In this document: in pieces, positions 36,419 to 40,981 of the stretch
Layout: each line of letters begins with the position of its first letter
How positions within the stretch are numbered: position 1 is the stretch's first letter
NCBI GenBank assembly: GCA_040219255.1
Contig: JAVJSW010000066.1
Span: forward strand, 1 to 40,981
Direction of reading: 5' to 3'
From: Sumerlaeia bacterium
GTDB lineage: Bacteria > Sumerlaeota > Sumerlaeia > SLMS01 > JAHLLQ01
Length of the DNA: 40,981 nucleotides
The notes under the pieces: generated by a model
Databases searched by the model: none
The model's input: the letters and a program-made list of their open reading frames with translations, nothing else
Told to the model about the DNA's origin: nothing
Translations under genes and position numbers: made by a program

Positions 36419-36814
36419 ATGGCGGTTTTGACGACCCAAGATTGGCCCTACGAAGTCAGCGAGTTCAAGTGTCATCTCTGCGGCAATTGTTGCCGGGGCG
36501 ATGGCTATGTGGAGCTGACGGAGACGGATATCGAAGCCATCGCGGAGTACCTGGGCCTGCGGCGGCGCGAGTTTCTGGATACCTGCTGCAAGTGGGACGA
36601 GGAGACGCGGCGCTGGCACCTGATCGATCAGAGCGACCCGGAGCAGTCCTGTGTGTTTCTGAGCACGGACAACAAATGCCGGGTCAACGAGGTCAAACCG
36701 TCGCAATGCCGAGGGTTCCCGATGCGGTGGCGGCCGGAAAATATCCTCGATTTCTGCGCCGGGTGGCGGGCGGCGGCGGGGTTGCCTCCGGCCGAGAAGA
36801 AGACGATGACGTAG
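36419..36814 (+). CDS. YkgJ-family (CxxCxxCC) zinc/iron-chelating cysteine cluster protein
   Basis: GGAGG RBS; CHLCGNCC, CVFL, CRV.EVKPSQCRGFP and FC. Confidence 0.9.
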   Translation: MAVLTTQDWPYEVSEFKCHLCGNCCRGDGYVELTETDIEAIAEYLGLRRREFLDTCCKWDEETRRWHLIDQSDPEQSCVFLSTDNKCRVNEVKPSQCRGFPMRWRPENILDFCAGWRAAAGLPPAEKKTMT

Positions 36815-36822
36815 AGGCCGTC

Positions 36823-37608
36823 TTAGCGTTGCCCCGCCTTGCGCGCCTCGGCCAGCCGCCGGTTCCCCGCCCACAACAGCGCCAGCGTTTCCTTGATCGT
36901 CGTGCCGAGGGCTAGTTTGCTTTCGCCCTCTTTCTGATCATAGCGCAGGATGAAGGGGACTTCGTGGCATTTGGCGCCGAGGCAGACCATGTTCACCAGC
37001 AACTGATCGGTGCAGGCGAATCCGGCGCGGGTGATGATGTCGTCGCCGTAGTGCTCGAGGGATTTCTTCACGATGCCGATGCGGTACGCGCGATAGCCGC
37101 AGGTGTAGTCGCGGACGCCGGGGACGTTGAGAAACATCGTGAACAGCCAGCGGGCGCCGTAGCTCATCAGTTGGCGGTTGAGCGGCACGCCGTGCTGTTC
37201 GCTTCCCTGGCGGTACCGGGACGCGATGACGATGTCGGCATGGTGCTCGTGGAGGGCTTCCTCCATCGGCACGATAAAGCGCGGCGGGTGGGTGTTGTCG
37301 GCGTCCATGCAGACGACGACGTCGTCTTCCGTGGCCGAAAGTTCGGCGGCGCGGCGCAGGCCGGTCTTGATGGCGCCACCGAGGCCGCGATTGACCTCGT
37401 GCTGGACGAGGTCGAAAGCGAGGCCGGTGCGCTCGGCGGTTTCGCGGGCTACGGCGGCCGTGCGGTCTTTGCTGCCATCGTCCACCACGATCAGGAGCGG
37501 GTCGCGGTCCGCCGGGAGTTGGGCGAACAGCTCGGCGAAGGCCTCCATCAGCGGCGGGAGGCAGGCTTCTTCGTTGTAGGCGGGGAGAAAGACGAATAGG
37601 CGGGGCAT
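36823..37608 (-). CDS. GT2 glycosyltransferase (polyprenol-phosphate mannosyltransferase-like)
   Basis: LPAYNEE, VDDGSKD, NRGLG, MDADNTH, IASRY and DYTCGYRAY. Confidence 0.92.
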   Translation of the reverse strand: MPRLFVFLPAYNEEACLPPLMEAFAELFAQLPADRDPLLIVVDDGSKDRTAAVARETAERTGLAFDLVQHEVNRGLGGAIKTGLRRAAELSATEDDVVVCMDADNTHPPRFIVPMEEALHEHHADIVIASRYRQGSEQHGVPLNRQLMSYGARWLFTMFLNVPGVRDYTCGYRAYRIGIVKKSLEHYGDDIITRAGFACTDQLLVNMVCLGAKCHEVPFILRYDQKEGESKLALGTTIKETLALLWAGNRRLAEARKAGQR

Positions 37609-37648
37609 CGGAGGGGCGCTTGTTGCTGAGTGCTGGGTGCCGTTCGGT

Positions 37649-37667
37649 GTTCCGCCTTCAGGCGGAA
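37649..37667. repeat. REP-like short palindrome
   Basis: GTTCCGCCTTCAGGCGGAA (stem TTCCGCCT/AGGCGGAA), preceded by TTGCTGA GTGCTGG GTGC heptamers. Confidence 0.45.
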
Positions 37668-37729
37668 TGGAGAATGCAGCACCGGAGGCCGAAGGAACGG
37701 GGTTTCCAGGCGGGAAGCAACCCGAACCG

Positions 37730-37768
37730 AAATAAAATGACCCCAGAGCTTTTCGGCTCCGGGGTTAT
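37730..37768 (-). terminator. Rho-independent terminator of sodA
   Basis: ACCCCGGAGC-CGAAAA-GCTCTGGGGT stem followed by CATTTTATTT on the minus strand. Confidence 0.65.
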
Positions 37769-37803
37769 GAGGTGGCAAGAGTGCCGGTCTGGGGCCGGAC
37801 CGT

Positions 37804-38412
<609 letters not shown>

Positions 38413-38660
38413 AGGATTTTCATCCTCCGTTGGGATCGTGAGTTGACAAAATAACGTCCAGATTTGGATCGGGCGTTGATGGTATGCAAAAGCCAGTCCC
38501 ACCCGCGGGGGACTCCGCATTTTTGTGCCCTGCGGGCACGGAGATTCCTTTCACTTGGGCCTTTCCCTTCTTCGCGACAGGTGTGAATAAATTCCCCCGC
38601 CGCGCGTAGAGCGCAAGACCACCGGGTCATTCCGATCCCCCCACAGAAAAGAGGACAGTC

Positions 38661-40529
38661 ATGTTGTATCGGTATCTCATCCTGGTTTTGGCGCTTGCCG
38701 CCACACCGGCCTTCGCCGATCTGGCCCCCGCACCCGATGACTCCGTCACGACGCAGAGCAGCACCGCGATCGCTTCGCCGGACACCACCGAGACGCTGCC
38801 CCTGGCCCAAGCGGTTCAGGGCACCAAAGTCCCCGTCATCGTGCTCAGCGGCCCGCTTCTCGAGGTCACAAACCCGCTCGAATTCCTCGCCCCCAGCAGC
38901 CAGACGCTGCGCTCGGTGACCTCGACCATCGACAAAGCGGCCGACGACCCGGAGGTCGCGGCAATCGTCGTCAAGATGGAGGCGCCGATGCTGAACGGCG
39001 CCCAGGCGCTGGAGCTTTACGACCACCTGATGGCCGCCCGCGACGCCGGAAAAACCGTCTACGCGGTCTCCGACGGCGCCTCGCTCGGCCAGTACCTAGT
39101 CATGAGCGCCGCCAACCGCATTGTGCTGCCGGAGGTCGGCGGCCTTGGCATCTTCGGTGTTTCCGCCGAGATGTATTACTTCAAGGAATTGCTCGCCAAA
39201 ATCGGCATCCGGGCCGAAGTCGTCAACACCGGCAAGTTCAAGAACGCCATGGAACCGTTTACCCACAGCGCCATGTCGGATGGCACGCGGATACAAATTG
39301 GTGAGGTGGTGGAGGACTTCGCCGAGATCATCAGCGAGCGCGTCGCCCGAGGGCGCGACATGAAACCGGAAGCCGCACGCGACGCCCTTTTCAGCGGACC
39401 CTATACGTCCCTCGAAGCCAAGGAAAAGGGCCTCGTGACGGACATCGCCTATCCGGATGAGTTCCTGGGCCAACTCGAAGAGCGCGAGGACCTGGAACTG
39501 GATTACGAATATCGCGGCATTCCGAAGAAGAAGCAACAGGCCCCGAGCCTGTTTTCGATCTTCAGCGGCGTCGGCGGTGGCGGGAAGGGCTTTGGCGGCG
39601 GCGGCGACCGCGTGGCCGTGGTCTATGCCCTGGGGCCGATCATCGACGGCCGCGCCGAGGAGAACTTCTTCGCCCAGGAGCAGGTCATCGCCAGCGAGGA
39701 CTTCCTCGATCTGCTGGACGAAATGATGGAGGACGGCAACGTACGCGCCGTCGTCCTGCGCGTCGATAGCCCCGGAGGCAGCGCCATCGCCAGCGACCGC
39801 ATCTGGAACCGGTTGGAAAGCATCCAGGACGAAGGCATCCCGGTCGTCGTCAGCATGGGTAGCGTCGCCGCCAGCGGCGGGTACTACATCAGCATGGGCG
39901 CCGATAAAATCTACGCCCAGCCCACCACCATCACCGGCAGCATCGGCGTCATCGGTGGCCGTTTCGTCATGGGCGATCTGTACAACAAGATCGGTGTCAC
40001 CAAGCAGCGCATCGCCATCGGCGAACACAGCGATCTCCTCGATGAAACCGAACCGTGGTCGGACGCGCAGCGCGAATTCATCGCCCATTTCCTGGACACC
40101 GTGTACGAAACCTTTACCAGCAAAGCCGCCGAGGGCCGCGGCCTGACGCAGAAACGCATCAAAGAACTGGGCGGAGGCCGCGTCTGGACAGGCGTGGCCG
40201 CCCGCGACCGCAAACTGATCGACGAACTCGGCGGTCTCGACGACGCCCTCGCCGCCGCCCGCGGCATGGCGGGCGTGGACGACGCCGTTCCGGTGGTTTA
40301 TTACCCGAAGGAAATGACGCTCCAGGACCTCATCAACGAAATGCTGAGCGGCGTCTCCGCCGGCCAACCCACCGGAGCCCTCAGCGTCCTGCGGCCGAGC
40401 GTCTGGCAAGAAGCCGCCCGCCTCATCCCAAGCCGCCACCTGACCACACTCCGCGCGGCGTTGACGCTGGCGGGGGGCGAAGAATTCCAGGTGATGCTCC
40501 TGGAACCGATGGCGTGGGAGGTGAAGTAA
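38661..40529 (+). CDS. sppA: Signal peptide peptidase SppA (protease IV, 67K type)
   Basis: Two S49 domains; GKFKNA.EPF (Lys), RVDSPGGS, AASGGYY (Ser), TGSIGV and GRVWTG. Confidence 0.95.
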   Translation: MLYRYLILVLALAATPAFADLAPAPDDSVTTQSSTAIASPDTTETLPLAQAVQGTKVPVIVLSGPLLEVTNPLEFLAPSSQTLRSVTSTIDKAADDPEVAAIVVKMEAPMLNGAQALELYDHLMAARDAGKTVYAVSDGASLGQYLVMSAANRIVLPEVGGLGIFGVSAEMYYFKELLAKIGIRAEVVNTGKFKNAMEPFTHSAMSDGTRIQIGEVVEDFAEIISERVARGRDMKPEAARDALFSGPYTSLEAKEKGLVTDIAYPDEFLGQLEEREDLELDYEYRGIPKKKQQAPSLFSIFSGVGGGGKGFGGGGDRVAVVYALGPIIDGRAEENFFAQEQVIASEDFLDLLDEMMEDGNVRAVVLRVDSPGGSAIASDRIWNRLESIQDEGIPVVVSMGSVAASGGYYISMGADKIYAQPTTITGSIGVIGGRFVMGDLYNKIGVTKQRIAIGEHSDLLDETEPWSDAQREFIAHFLDTVYETFTSKAAEGRGLTQKRIKELGGGRVWTGVAARDRKLIDELGGLDDALAAARGMAGVDDAVPVVYYPKEMTLQDLINEMLSGVSAGQPTGALSVLRPSVWQEAARLIPSRHLTTLRAALTLAGGEEFQVMLLEPMAWEVK

Positions 40530-40559
40530 GCGGGGAGGCGAACCCGCTCAGACTGGAGA

Positions 40560-40583
40560 CGCACAGACTGGAGAGTCTGTGCG
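40560..40583. repeat. REP-like hairpin / possible terminator after sppA
   Basis: CGCACAGACT-GGAG-AGTCTGTGCG, preceded by a duplicated CAGACTGGAGA. Confidence 0.55.
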
Positions 40584-40876
40584 ACATCAGTGGCTCCACG
40601 TTAGTTATCGTCACTATGAAGCGAATCACAGCCATCACAGGCAACACGGCCGAAGTCGCCCGCCAGCACGACCTCTCGATCAACGCCACCACCCAACGCG
40701 CGACCATGGAGGTCCTCGCCCAACTCTACCGTCAGGACCCCGAAGCGAACAGCCACCCTGACGCCTCCGATGACCCTGAACCGGCCGAGACAGACCCGCA
40801 GAAACACGTCGAACTCAAGCTCGCCCGAACCGACGCCCGAGCGATCGCCGAACTGCTCATCCAGAAGGCGCAGCCG

Positions 40877-40900
40877 AATTCCGGCACAAATTCTGGCACA
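40877..40900. repeat. Tandem 12-bp direct repeat resembling integrase arm-binding sites
   Basis: AATTCCGGCACA AATTCTGGCACA, about 50 bp from a tRNA 3' end. Confidence 0.5.
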
Positions 40901-40952
40901 CGACCCGGCTCGGGTGGCGGGAAACTCCGTTGTAACAAGGGACAAGAAAAAC

Positions 40953-40981
40953 TGGCGGAGAGGGAGGGATTCGAACCCTCG
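40953..40981 (-). tRNA. 3' end of tRNA, probably Ser (truncated by the window edge, or an att duplicate)
   Basis: Minus strand CGAGGGTTCGAATCCCTCCCTCTCCGCCA shows a T-arm, acceptor strand, G73 discriminator and CCA; the anticodon is not visible. Confidence 0.85.

Noticed and set aside
38443-38448. TTGACA near the sodA start as a promoter
   Set aside because: Wrong strand for sodA, and no acceptable -10 at 16-18 bp for sppA.

Overview
High-GC (roughly 60-65%, estimated by eye) bacterial chromosomal region from a diderm organism, judged from the lipoproteins, the LptE-like protein and SppA. It holds about 38 CDS, a 6S RNA gene that the ORF track misses, and the 3' end of a tRNA-Ser at the right edge. 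Housekeeping genes include hisH, an IscS/NifS desulfurase, a XerC/D-type recombinase, ppgK, a yitJ-type Hcy-methyltransferase/MTHFR, pyrR, purD, sodA and sppA. The best candidate for a new system is a translationally coupled two-component pair (22734-26143) whose response regulator has a HEPN-like C-terminal output domain (ExxxK plus RxxxxH) instead of a DNA-binding domain, suggesting a phosphorylation-switched RNase. Other notable points: an HPF/RaiA-sigma-factor-like fusion near the 6S RNA; a Ser/Thr kinase-FGE receptor followed by a lipoprotein with a catalytically dead caspase-like domain; further pseudo-enzymes; a dif-like site just upstream of the Xer recombinase; a SahR-like operator; a secreted DPF-repeat protein; a probable CTG start codon; a PIN toxin broken by a TGG>TGA change; and attachment-site-like signals beside the tRNA. 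All domain calls come from motif reading by eye, with no database searches.
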